From: an uncultured Candidatus Saccharibacteria bacterium | Lineage (GTDB): Bacteria > Patescibacteriota > Doudnabacteria > UBA920 | DNA length: 64,000 nt | Direction of reading: 5' to 3' | Assembly: GCA_964561365.1 (NCBI GenBank) | Contig: CAZLPF010000002.1 | Location: 10,068-74,067 of the forward strand | Part shown: positions 1 through 10,066 of the stretch, piece by piece | How positions within the stretch are numbered: position 1 is the stretch's first letter | How the letters are laid out: every line of letters starts with the position of its first letter | Notes under the pieces: generated by a model | Databases searched by the model: none | What the model saw: the letters and a program-made list of their open reading frames with translations, nothing else | Told to the model about the DNA's origin: nothing | Made by a program: the position numbers and the translations under genes

Positions 1-2
1 GC

Positions 3-809
3 ATGTTCCTCGTCACCGGCCCGACCGGCAGCGGCAAGTCCACGACGCTCTACACCATGCTCTCGCTGCTGAACACGAAGGGTGTGAACATTTCGACCAT
101 TGAGGACCCGGTCGAGTACCGCATCGTCGGCACGAACCAAATGCAGGTCAGCCCCAAAATTGGCCTGACGTTCGCGCTCGGCCTGCGCTCCCTGCTCCGG
201 CAGGACCCGAACATCATCATGATCGGTGAAATCCGCGACAAAGAGACGGCCGAGGAAGCGGTTCACGCCGCCATGACCGGCCACGTCGTGTTTTCCACCC
301 TCCACACGAACTCGGCGGCCGCGGCGCTGCCGCGGCTCCTGGACATTGGCGTTGAGCCGTACCTCATAGCCTCGACCATGAACGCGGTGCTCGCCCAGCG
401 CCTCGTGCGCGTCATTTGCAAAGACTGCAAGACCGAAATGAAGCTCGACGAGGCGGCCGACAGCAGCCTCCAGAAGCAGTTCCACTTCGACCGCCTCGCC
501 CGCGCCCTCGAGCGGGAGGGGCTCGTGCAGAAGGGCAGCAAGCTCCGGGGCTTCCGCGACCTGCCGTACTTCAGGGGCGAGGGCTGCGACAAGTGCAACC
601 GCACCGGCTACCGCGGCCGCATGGGCATCCACGAGGTGCTCGAGGTTACCCCCGAGATCGGCACCATGATCATGGAGCGCAAAACGTCCCAGGAGATCCA
701 GAACTACGCCGAGGAGCAGGGCATGGTTACGCTCTGGGAGGACGGGTTCATTAAGGCGACGCAGGGCGTTACGACCGTGGAGGAAATCCTCCGCGTGTCC
801 AAGGAGTAG
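3..809 (+). CDS. pilB: Type IV pilus assembly ATPase PilB / GspE family, C-terminal part (5' end lies outside window)
   Basis: In-frame from window edge; Walker [10 protein letters not shown], Asp and His boxes, C-terminal tetracysteine CKDC...CDKC typical of GspE/PilB; followed by pilC-pilM-pilN-pilO. Confidence 0.9.
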   Translation: MFLVTGPTGSGKSTTLYTMLSLLNTKGVNISTIEDPVEYRIVGTNQMQVSPKIGLTFALGLRSLLRQDPNIIMIGEIRDKETAEEAVHAAMTGHVVFSTLHTNSAAAALPRLLDIGVEPYLIASTMNAVLAQRLVRVICKDCKTEMKLDEAADSSLQKQFHFDRLARALEREGLVQKGSKLRGFRDLPYFRGEGCDKCNRTGYRGRMGIHEVLEVTPEIGTMIMERKTSQEIQNYAEEQGMVTLWEDGFIKATQGVTTVEEILRVSKE

Positions 810-812
810 CGC

Positions 813-2024
813 GTGGCAGAGTACGTCTACGAAGCGGTAACCCACGACGGGCGGCGCGAGTCCGCGAGCATCCAGGCGCCGTCTGCGGCCATGGCCTCGC
901 GCCTGCTCAAGGAGCAGGGGCTCCTGCCGACGCTCGTGCGCGAGAAGAAGACGACCGGCATTCTCGACCGGCTCCGCTCTATTTCGAACATTTCGCTCGA
1001 CGAGAAAATCGGCTTCATTTCCAACCTCGCCATCATGCTGAAAGCCGGCATCCCGCTCGCCCGCGGCATCAGCATCTTGGGCAGGCAGACGCAGAACGTC
1101 CGCTTCCGGGGCATTATTGCCGACGTGCACAGCCAGGTAGAGTCCGGTAAGCCCCTCGGCGAGGCTATGGCCAAGTACCCGGGCGTGTTCTCCGACATTT
1201 TCGTGAGCATGGTCAAGGTCGGCGAGCTCTCCGGCAACCTCGAGAAGAGCCTCGACTACCTCAACGTCCAGCTCTCGCGCGAAGCCGAGCTCCGGGCCAA
1301 GGTCAAGGGCGCCATGATTTACCCCTCGGTCATTGTCGGGGCCATGGTCATCATCGGCGTGCTCATGGCGGTGTTCGTTCTGCCGAAGCTGACCTCGGTG
1401 TTCAAGGACTTCAACACCGACCTGCCCATTACCACGCGCATCATCATGGCCATTGCAGACTTCGCCGGCGCGCACGCCTTCCTCATGATCGGCGGGATTG
1501 TGGCGTTCGCTGCCGGCTTCATTGCCCTGCTGAAGACCGAGCCGGGCGGTCGGGCCTTCGACTGGCTCACCATCCGCATGTTCGTCATCGGCACCGTGGT
1601 TCGCAAGGTCAACCTCGCCCGGTTCGCCCGCATCTTGAGCTCCCTGCTCAAGAGCGGCATCCCCATTGTCCAGAGCCTCGAGGTTACCGGCCAGGCCATG
1701 GGCAACGTCCACTACCGCGAGCGCGTGGTGCAGGGCGGCGCGGACGTGAAGACCGGCAAACCCCTGTCCGAGTCGCTCGGGAGAGACACCGTGCTCTTCC
1801 CGGTGCTCGTCGTTCAGATGCTCCAGGTGGGGGAGGAGAGCGGCACCGTGGAGGTTATCCTCGAAGAGCTCGCCGGCCACTACGAGGACCAGGTCGACGA
1901 TACCTTGAAGAACCTCTCCTCGGTCATTGAGCCCATCCTGCTGCTCATCATCGGCGGGGTGGTGGGTTTCCTCGCACTCGCGCTCATCGGGCCCATTTAC
2001 AACATTAGCCAGACCATCAACTAA
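813..2024 (+). CDS. pilC: Type IV pilus inner-membrane platform protein PilC (GspF family)
   Basis: GTG start 7 nt after AAGGAG; 403 aa with two GspF-type repeats and three TM segments; immediately downstream of pilB. Confidence 0.85.
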   Translation: MAEYVYEAVTHDGRRESASIQAPSAAMASRLLKEQGLLPTLVREKKTTGILDRLRSISNISLDEKIGFISNLAIMLKAGIPLARGISILGRQTQNVRFRGIIADVHSQVESGKPLGEAMAKYPGVFSDIFVSMVKVGELSGNLEKSLDYLNVQLSREAELRAKVKGAMIYPSVIVGAMVIIGVLMAVFVLPKLTSVFKDFNTDLPITTRIIMAIADFAGAHAFLMIGGIVAFAAGFIALLKTEPGGRAFDWLTIRMFVIGTVVRKVNLARFARILSSLLKSGIPIVQSLEVTGQAMGNVHYRERVVQGGADVKTGKPLSESLGRDTVLFPVLVVQMLQVGEESGTVEVILEELAGHYEDQVDDTLKNLSSVIEPILLLIIGGVVGFLALALIGPIYNISQTIN

Positions 2025-2043
2025 CGGTGCCCCGCGAACCCTT

Positions 2044-2052
2044 GGTATACTG
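2044..2052 (+). promoter_or_regulatory. Extended -10 element TGGTATACT 8 nt upstream of pilM start (leaderless-type promoter)
   Basis: Motif TGnTATACT recurs immediately upstream of many start codons in this window. Confidence 0.4.
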
Positions 2053-2060
2053 AAACTGAT

Positions 2061-3122
2061 TTGTTCAACCTCTTCGGCAAAACCCAGGACGCCTTCGGCC
2101 TCGACGTGAGCACGAGCTCGGTGCACATCGTGCAGTTTCGCGGTACCCCAAAGAGCCTTTCGGTCCAGGCCTTCGCCCAGGTGCCGCTCACGAAGGGCGT
2201 GGTGACCGGCGACGAGGTAACCGACAGCAAGGCGTTTTCCCAGGCCGTGGACCAGGCCATGCACCAGCCGCAGTACGGCAGCGTGTCGAGCCGGTACGCC
2301 GTGGTGAACATCCCGGAGGCGAAAGCCTTCGTCCGCGTCATTCAAATTCCCGTCATGACCGAGACCGAGGCCGAGAGCGCGGTGCCGGTCGAGTCGGAGA
2401 ACTTCATTCCGCTCCCCATTGACCAGGTCTACCTCGACTGGCAGATCCTCGGCACCGACGGCGACAAGATGAATGTTCTCATCGTCGCGGCCCCGCGCGA
2501 GTACGTTGACCGCTACATTGAGATTTTAGAGCGCGCCGGCGTTCAGGTGGCGGCGCTCGAGGTCGAGTCCCAGAGCTGCCACCGGGCGCTCGTGGACTGG
2601 AGCTCGGGCCCGACGGCGCTCATCGTCGACCTGGCCGCGAACCACACGAACCTCATTGTCGTCGAAGACGGGAACCTCCACTTCACCTCGACCATTCCGG
2701 TGGCCGGCAACGCCTTCACCGAAGCCATTGCCCGGAGCCTCGGGGTGGCGAGCGTGAAAGCCGAAGCGGTCAAGCGGAAGGTCGGCTTCACGAACACCGC
2801 CGAGTACCCGAACGTTAAAACCGCCCTCGAGCCCGTCCTGAACGTGCTCGCGAGCGAGGTGAAGAACGTGGCCTCGTTCTACCGCGAGCACGCCGGCCGC
2901 GAGGTTGCCACGGTGCTGCTGACCGGCGGGAGCGCCCGCCTTACGGGGCTGGCCGAATTTTTGCAGGCGGCCCTGAAGCCGAGCGGTATTTCCCAGGTGC
3001 TGCTCGCCGATCCGTGGCGGAACGTGCCCGGCCTGCGCCAGCGGCCGTTCGACGCCCAGGAGAGCCTGAACTTCACCACCGCCATCGGGCTCGCGCTCCG
3101 CGGCGTTAACTTCGCCGAGTAA
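2061..3122 (+). CDS. pilM: Type IV pilus assembly protein PilM (actin-like ATPase fold)
   Basis: 353 aa, TTG start; cytoplasmic PilM-like protein in canonical position before pilN; stop overlaps pilN start (TAATG). Confidence 0.75.
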   Translation: MFNLFGKTQDAFGLDVSTSSVHIVQFRGTPKSLSVQAFAQVPLTKGVVTGDEVTDSKAFSQAVDQAMHQPQYGSVSSRYAVVNIPEAKAFVRVIQIPVMTETEAESAVPVESENFIPLPIDQVYLDWQILGTDGDKMNVLIVAAPREYVDRYIEILERAGVQVAALEVESQSCHRALVDWSSGPTALIVDLAANHTNLIVVEDGNLHFTSTIPVAGNAFTEAIARSLGVASVKAEAVKRKVGFTNTAEYPNVKTALEPVLNVLASEVKNVASFYREHAGREVATVLLTGGSARLTGLAEFLQAALKPSGISQVLLADPWRNVPGLRQRPFDAQESLNFTTAIGLALRGVNFAE

Positions 3123-3676
3123 TGAAGCTCGTCAACCTCCTCCCCAAGCGCAAGCAGCAAGAGCTCCGGTTTGAGCGCTTCTACCGGGCGTGCCTGACGT
3201 TCCTCGGGCTGTCCTGGGCCGTGTACCTGTTCGCCTTCGCCGGCCAGTACGCCACCAAGCTCTACCTCGGCAGCGTCGAAAAGGACCTCGTGGCCCAGAA
3301 CTCGAACCTGAGGCGCCAGGTCGACAAGCAAGACAACGCGAGCGTCAAGCAGCAGGTCAAGGAGCTCAACGGTTTCATTACCGACTACCAGCAGCTCGCG
3401 AGCACCACGCCGCGCTGGTCGAAGGTCCTCCGGGCCTTCTCCGAGCTCCCGCCCGACGGCGTGCAGGTTACGAGCGTCACCGCCGACGTCGGCCGGCGCA
3501 CGGTGAGCATCCGGGGCTTCGCCCCCGAGCGCGAGCAGGTCATAGAGTTCTACAACCGTATCCGCGCCGACGCAGACCACTTCGAGGCCGTGGACTACCC
3601 GCTCGAGAACGTCGAGCGCCCGAGGAACGTCAGCTTCCACTTCTCCTTCGTCGTTAAAGATTCTGTCCTGCGCTGA
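3122..3676 (+). CDS. pilN: Type IV pilus assembly protein PilN
   Basis: 184 aa; N-terminal basic segment (LLPKRKQQ) then single TM, PilN/fimbrial-assembly architecture; translationally coupled to pilM and pilO (TGATG). Confidence 0.65.
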   Translation: MKLVNLLPKRKQQELRFERFYRACLTFLGLSWAVYLFAFAGQYATKLYLGSVEKDLVAQNSNLRRQVDKQDNASVKQQVKELNGFITDYQQLASTTPRWSKVLRAFSELPPDGVQVTSVTADVGRRTVSIRGFAPEREQVIEFYNRIRADADHFEAVDYPLENVERPRNVSFHFSFVVKDSVLR

Positions 3677-4218
3677 TGTCGGCCCGCGGAAAAATTATCG
3701 TGGTGGCCGCGCTCTGGGTGCTGTCTGCCGGCGCCATGTTCGGCTTGGGGTTCGGCTGGCTCAACGAGCAGAACGACCTCCAGCTCAAGAAGCTCCAGGA
3801 CCAGACGCGCGACCAGCAGCTGCTCTTGGCTGAGCAGGACAGTTTCCAGAAGGCCAAGCGCGACGTGGAAGAGGCCAGCAAGGCCGCCCACCAGCCGGCC
3901 GAGCTGTTCAGCAAAGACGTGACGCTCGTGAACGAGATTAAGACGCTCGAGGACGTAACGGCGAGCCTCCACCTCGACTTCACGCTCTCCGGCCTCTCGG
4001 GAACGGTGCAGCGCGCGCCGAAGGCCAAAACGCAGTCCGAGCTCGTCCAGCTCCCGTATACCGTGTCGGTCTCCGGATCGTTCGCCGACGTGGTGGCCTT
4101 CCTGGAGACGCTCGAGAACCTGCCGTTCATTACCCAGGTCAGCGCCATTTCGTTCTCGGCCGGCAGCGGCGGGAAGACGGCCGCGAGCTTCACCGCCAGT
4201 TTCTTCGTCCGCAAGTAA
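3676..4218 (+). CDS. pilO: Type IV pilus assembly protein PilO-like (TM anchor + coiled coil + periplasmic domain)
   Basis: 180 aa; N-terminal TM, coiled-coil, position after pilN. Confidence 0.55.
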   Translation: MSARGKIIVVAALWVLSAGAMFGLGFGWLNEQNDLQLKKLQDQTRDQQLLLAEQDSFQKAKRDVEEASKAAHQPAELFSKDVTLVNEIKTLEDVTASLHLDFTLSGLSGTVQRAPKAKTQSELVQLPYTVSVSGSFADVVAFLETLENLPFITQVSAISFSAGSGGKTAASFTASFFVRK

Positions 4219-4232
4219 CCCCCGATCCTCCC

Positions 4233-4538
4233 GTGGCCAAAGTCAGCACCAAGCTTTACTGGCTCCAGCTCAAAACCTCGCTCAGGCGCCTGCCGACGAA
4301 CGTCAGCCTCATTTTTACGTTCCTCCTGGCCGCGCTCGCGGTGGCGGCCCTCCTGGCCGCCAAGCCGTCGCTCGACACCGTCGAACGCAGCGGCGAGCAG
4401 CCCGAAGTCAGGGCCTCGCGAGGCGTGCGGGTTAACTTCGGCGAGCTTTCGGAGGCCGGTAAGCGCATTGACGCCTGGGCCGATTTCCAGCCCGGGTCTC
4501 CGCCGAGCCGCGACCCGTTCAAGCCGGTCTTGCCGTGA
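4233..4538 (+). CDS. Small membrane protein, possibly pilus-cluster accessory (hypothetical)
   Basis: GTG start; one TM helix (LIFTFLLAALAVAALLAA); no recognisable family. Confidence 0.35.
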   Translation: MAKVSTKLYWLQLKTSLRRLPTNVSLIFTFLLAALAVAALLAAKPSLDTVERSGEQPEVRASRGVRVNFGELSEAGKRIDAWADFQPGSPPSRDPFKPVLP

Positions 4539-4593
4539 CAGCCTAGGCTGTAGCTGGTAGGATTCCGGGAGCTGGCGGCCGCCTCCCGCTGGG

Positions 4594-4668
4594 GTCCCCG
4601 TGGTGAAACGGATATCACGGCGGTCTTCGGAACCGCTATTGGGGGTTCGAATCCCTCCGGGGACACCA
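4594..4668 (+). tRNA. tRNA-Arg (anticodon TCG)
   Basis: Manual cloverleaf: acceptor GTCCCCG/CGGGGAC, D-arm, anticodon stem GCGGT/ACCGC with loop CTTCGGA, T-loop TTCGAAT, encoded CCA. Confidence 0.8.
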
Positions 4669-4681
4669 GGGGGAGGGGAGC

Positions 4682-4710
4682 TTGAAATTTTAGTGCTGTT
4701 TCGGTAGAAT
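4682..4710 (+). promoter_or_regulatory. Sigma70-type promoter TTGAAA-17-TAGAAT upstream of tRNA-Lys leader
   Basis: Consensus-like -35/-10 with 17-nt spacer, lies between the two tRNA genes. Confidence 0.5.
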
Positions 4711-4834
4711 GCAGCGGTGTTTGTTGGATGTTTGTCGCCCGGTTTCGGCTGCGGACGGCACATCAAATTCCGTCCAATCGCTCACGCACAATCAAATAGT
4801 TCCGGGTTTACCCTACGTAACTTCAGTGGAGTAT

Positions 4835-4910
4835 GGGTCGGTAGCTCAGCTGGTAGAGCAGACGCCTCTTAAGCGTAAGCGCGCGGGTTCGAGCCCCGCC
4901 CGACCCACCA
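4835..4910 (+). tRNA. tRNA-Lys (anticodon CTT)
   Basis: Cloverleaf GGGTCGG...CCGACCCACCA closely resembles bacterial tRNA-Lys; anticodon loop CTCTTAA; CCA encoded. Confidence 0.9.
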
Positions 4911-4966
4911 CGGGTCAATCGTGACTGCGGTTTGCGTGTACTCGACTTCGTCGAATCCACTCCAAC

Positions 4967-5228
4967 CTCCGTCACGTTGCCCCTCTGCCCCACGAACCCC
5001 CTTCGGGTTTTCGTGGGGACCCCGACGAGCAGTTCACATTCCGTCCCTTTTCCCCATTCGAACTTTGTTCGAATGGGGACCCCGAGGGCAACAAATCATT
5101 TCAGCTTTCAGGACATTTCCCGTCTTCCCAAAAATCTTTCCGAGCTTTTTGGGGACCCCGCTAACCCTACCTCCGTCACGTTGCCCCTTTTCCCACGAAG
5201 CCCCTACTTGGTCTTCGCGGGGACCCCA
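4967..5228 (+). repeat. Cluster 1 of hairpin repeats (4 units at 4988-5024, 5052-5088, 5127-5160, 5192-5228) plus two copies of 19-bp direct repeat CCTCCGTCACGTTGCCCCT (4967 and 5169)
   Basis: Each unit: CCCYTTYCCCCA + variable stem + loop + complementary stem + TGGGGACCCCG(AGGGAAC); stems differ between units with compensatory changes (ACGAA/TTCGT, ATTCGAAC/GTTCGAAT, AAAAA/TTTTT). Confidence 0.7.
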
Positions 5229-5272
5229 GTAGAACAGAAGAATCCGCTCGTACAATTCGCTCATTCGTTTGC

Positions 5273-6259
5273 ATGCTTACACTCCTGCTCGGACCCGACA
5301 GCTTCACCGCGAGGCGCACGGTAGAGCAGGCCGCCCAAAAAACGGGCGCGCCGGTGAGCTTCTTTTATTTTCCGGGTGACGGCGCGCCGGCGGCCTCGAG
5401 CCTGTCGGGCGGAGACCTGTTCGGCGGCGCCCACGTCTACGGGCTCGTGGGTGCGGTTTCTTCAGCCGCCTTTGGCACCGCCGACTGGGCCCGCCTCGCC
5501 GCGGGGTCGAACGCCGTGTACTGCCTCGAAGAATCGCTCGACCGGAGGAAGACCGCGACGAAAGAATTTCTCGATACCCCGGGCTTGAAAACTGAAAAAA
5601 TGGTTCTGCCCCACGGCCGCGAACTGAACCGCTGGATCGAGCGGCGGGCGGGGGAGCTGCCTCTGAGCATTGACCCGGACGCGGTCGAAGCCCTCGCCGT
5701 AGCCGCGGGCCGCGACGACGCCGAAGAGGTTCGGGCCGGCGGCGCCGTGGTCTCGGTCACCGAAACGTTCAGCCTCTGGCAGGTCGACGGCGAACTGCGG
5801 AAGCTCGCGGCCTACGCCACCGGGCGCGGCATCACCTCCGCCGACGTGGCCCTGCTCGTGCCCGCCGAGCGGACCGCGAACGCCTTCGAGCTCGTAGACG
5901 CCGCCGCGGCCGGCGACCGGCCTCGCGCGGCCCTGCTCCTGGACCGTTTCCTCGGCCCCGGCGGCGAAGCCAAAGACGGGCTCATCCAGCTCACCGTGCT
6001 CCTGTCGGAGCAGCTCCGCGCCGTGCTCATCGTTCAGGACTTCACGGCCCGCCGCGTGCCCGACCAGGCCGCGCTCTCGCTCACCGGCTGGAAGCCCGGC
6101 CGCCTGTCCATGGTTCGCCGCCTCGGGGGACGGCTCCAGGAAAAGCGCGTGGCCGAGACCCTGGGCCGCCTCGAGCACCTCGATCTTGAGCTCAAGTCTT
6201 CCGGCGCTCCGGCCCGGCTGCTGCTCGACATGGTTCTCGCGCAGCTCTCGGGCCGCTGA
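5273..6259 (+). CDS. holA: DNA polymerase III delta subunit (HolA)-like
   Basis: 328 aa; N-terminal MLTLLLGPDSF resembles the delta-subunit N-terminus, and the size and helical C-terminal part fit HolA; family assigned by eye only. Confidence 0.5.
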   Translation: MLTLLLGPDSFTARRTVEQAAQKTGAPVSFFYFPGDGAPAASSLSGGDLFGGAHVYGLVGAVSSAAFGTADWARLAAGSNAVYCLEESLDRRKTATKEFLDTPGLKTEKMVLPHGRELNRWIERRAGELPLSIDPDAVEALAVAAGRDDAEEVRAGGAVVSVTETFSLWQVDGELRKLAAYATGRGITSADVALLVPAERTANAFELVDAAAAGDRPRAALLLDRFLGPGGEAKDGLIQLTVLLSEQLRAVLIVQDFTARRVPDQAALSLTGWKPGRLSMVRRLGGRLQEKRVAETLGRLEHLDLELKSSGAPARLLLDMVLAQLSGR

Positions 6260-6369
6260 AACATTGCTCGAGGGCCGGCGTATAAGGGCTTAGGAAGGGT
6301 GGTACAATACCCGAAACAGGCAATTCATGGCGCGGCGCCCCAGGTGGCCGTGCCGGAGAAAAAAAGAAC

Positions 6370-6999
6370 ATGAACGGAAAGTTCTGGAAAGTTGCAGCGG
6401 CGGGCTTGCTGGCCGCATCAATGGTCGTCCCGGGCGCCGTAGCTTTCGCCGAAAGCGGCTCATCGTCCCCGGACCGTTCGAAAGCGGAACAGGCTGAAGA
6501 GAGAATCGAAAAGGCCAAAGAGAAGGCTGAAGCTTTGAAAGAGCGCCGCGAGAAGGCCAAACTCTGCCGTCAGGGAGAGCAGGATGCCCGTACCGCGTTC
6601 CGCAAAGCGGTCCAGGCCAACAACGCCGCGTACGCAGATGCGACCAAGGCTGCCCGCCAAGCGCTCCGCGACGCGATCAAGGCCGCGAATGAAACCTACG
6701 CGAGCTCGGTCAAAGCCGCGCTCGAGAAACGGAAAACCGACCTTGCGGCCGCCACCGACGACGCCGGCAAGAAAGTGGTCCGGGACGCCTACCGGGCTGC
6801 CGTGAAGGCCGCCCAGGACGTGCGTAAGGCCGCGCAGAAAGGCGCGAACGAGGCCTACCGGGCTGCCGTGAAGGCCGCCCAGGATAAACGCAAGGCCGCC
6901 AACCAGGCCGCGGAGCAGGCCCGCAAGGCCGCCATCAGCGCCGCGCAGGCACCCTGCCGTCCGGGCACGGCGAGCACCACCCCGACTTCTACCCAGTAA
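6370..6999 (+). CDS. Secreted Ala/Lys-rich repeat protein (signal peptide, low complexity)
   Basis: Signal peptide MNGKFWKVAAAGLLAASMVVPGAVAFA; repeated AYRAAVKAAQD(V/K)RKAA units encoded by near-identical DNA repeats 6790-6821 / 6853-6884. Confidence 0.6.
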   Translation: MNGKFWKVAAAGLLAASMVVPGAVAFAESGSSSPDRSKAEQAEERIEKAKEKAEALKERREKAKLCRQGEQDARTAFRKAVQANNAAYADATKAARQALRDAIKAANETYASSVKAALEKRKTDLAAATDDAGKKVVRDAYRAAVKAAQDVRKAAQKGANEAYRAAVKAAQDKRKAANQAAEQARKAAISAAQAPCRPGTASTTPTSTQ

Positions 7000-7006
7000 C
7001 GGTTCA

Positions 7007-7045
7007 GAAAATCCCTCCCGCTATACAGCGGGAGGGATTTTCGTT
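7007..7045. terminator. Bidirectional rho-independent terminator between convergent genes
   Basis: AATCCCTCCCGC-TATACA-GCGGGAGGGATTTTCG hairpin with flanking A/T tracts. Confidence 0.7.
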
Positions 7046-7048
7046 GCG

Positions 7049-8884
<1,836 letters not shown>

Positions 8885-8974
8885 GGGGTCTATTGCGGGG
8901 CAGAAAAAAATGGGCCCGGGCGTGGGGGCCACTGATGCAGCATGGTAGCACGTTCGGAGGTTACCGTCAACCTT

Positions 8975-8983
8975 TGGTATACT
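8975..8983 (+). promoter_or_regulatory. Extended -10 TGGTATACT upstream of AI-2E transporter gene
   Basis: Same motif family as other promoters in window. Confidence 0.4.
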
Positions 8984-9017
8984 ACCGGGGTCAGCGGTTT
9001 AAGCTTTCCGAAACAAA

Positions 9018-10046
9018 ATGACCCACCGAAAGATACAGATTGCGAGCTTCTTCGTTATCCTCGCCGTGGCCGGCTGGGTCGTGTGGGCCATGCTCCGGCC
9101 GTACGTGACCATCCTCCTGCTCGGGGCGGTGTTCGCGGTGCTCCTCAAGCCGCTTGAGCGCGCGCTCGTGCGCAAGCTCGGGCGCCCCGCGCTCGCGGCC
9201 TCTATCGTCATTGCAACGGTGCTCGGCTGCATCATCGTCCCGCCGGCGCTGTTCGGCCGGGCCATCGTTTCCGAGACCCTCGAAACCTACCGCGAGCTCC
9301 GCTCTTCGGACGATTCGTTCCCGCCGCCCGACGTCCGCGAGCGCCTGCCCGACTCCGTCGTCGCGGCGACCGATGCGCTCGTCCAAGGCCTTCGCGGCAG
9401 GCTCGCGAGCTTCGCCGGCAACGCCTTCCAGGCGGCCTCGAACGTGGCCTCGAACGTCGCATCGTTCTTCTTCGGGCTGTTCGTATTCCTCTTTACCCTC
9501 TACTACCTCCTCCGCGACGGCGACCGCATTCTCCAGGTCACCGCGGACCTGCTGCCGCTGTCCCGCGCCCACGAGAACACCATCTTCACGAAGCTGTCGG
9601 AAGCCGTCAACGGTGTGGTGAAGGGTTCGCTGCTCGTCGCGCTCTCGCAGGGCGTGCTCGCGACCATCGGCTTCTGGATTTTCGGTTTGCCCCAGCCGCT
9701 GCTCTGGGGCACCTTCGCCACGGTGGCCTCGCTCCTGCCGACCATCGGCACCGCCATTGCCACGGTTCCCGCGGCGCTCTACCTGCTCGCGAGCGGCGGC
9801 GTGCTGCCGGCCGCGGGCTTGGCCGCCTGGTCGCTCATCCTCGTCGGCAACGTCGACAACCTCCTGCGCCCGCAGCTCGTGGGCAGCAAGGCGAACCTCC
9901 ACCCGCTCTGGGTCCTGCTCTCGGTTATCGGCGGCATTGAGGTTTTCGGCTTCATGGGCTTCCTGCTCGGACCCATTTTTGCCGCGCTGTTCGTGACGCT
10001 CGTCGACATCTACCGTACCGACCTCCGGGGCGCCCTCACGCGGTAG
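9018..10046 (+). CDS. AI-2E family transporter (PerM/UPF0118)
   Basis: 342 aa polytopic membrane protein with AI-2E-like topology and conserved C-terminal region; second paralog at 44665. Confidence 0.75.
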   Translation: MTHRKIQIASFFVILAVAGWVVWAMLRPYVTILLLGAVFAVLLKPLERALVRKLGRPALAASIVIATVLGCIIVPPALFGRAIVSETLETYRELRSSDDSFPPPDVRERLPDSVVAATDALVQGLRGRLASFAGNAFQAASNVASNVASFFFGLFVFLFTLYYLLRDGDRILQVTADLLPLSRAHENTIFTKLSEAVNGVVKGSLLVALSQGVLATIGFWIFGLPQPLLWGTFATVASLLPTIGTAIATVPAALYLLASGGVLPAAGLAAWSLILVGNVDNLLRPQLVGSKANLHPLWVLLSVIGGIEVFGFMGFLLGPIFAALFVTLVDIYRTDLRGALTR

Positions 10047-10066
10047 CGGACCGGCCCGAGATTTCC

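Noticed and set aside
4967-5228. CRISPR array interpretation of the hairpin repeats
   Set aside because: Repeats are not identical, their variable parts are the self-complementary stems rather than unique spacers, periodicity is irregular, and no cas genes are nearby.
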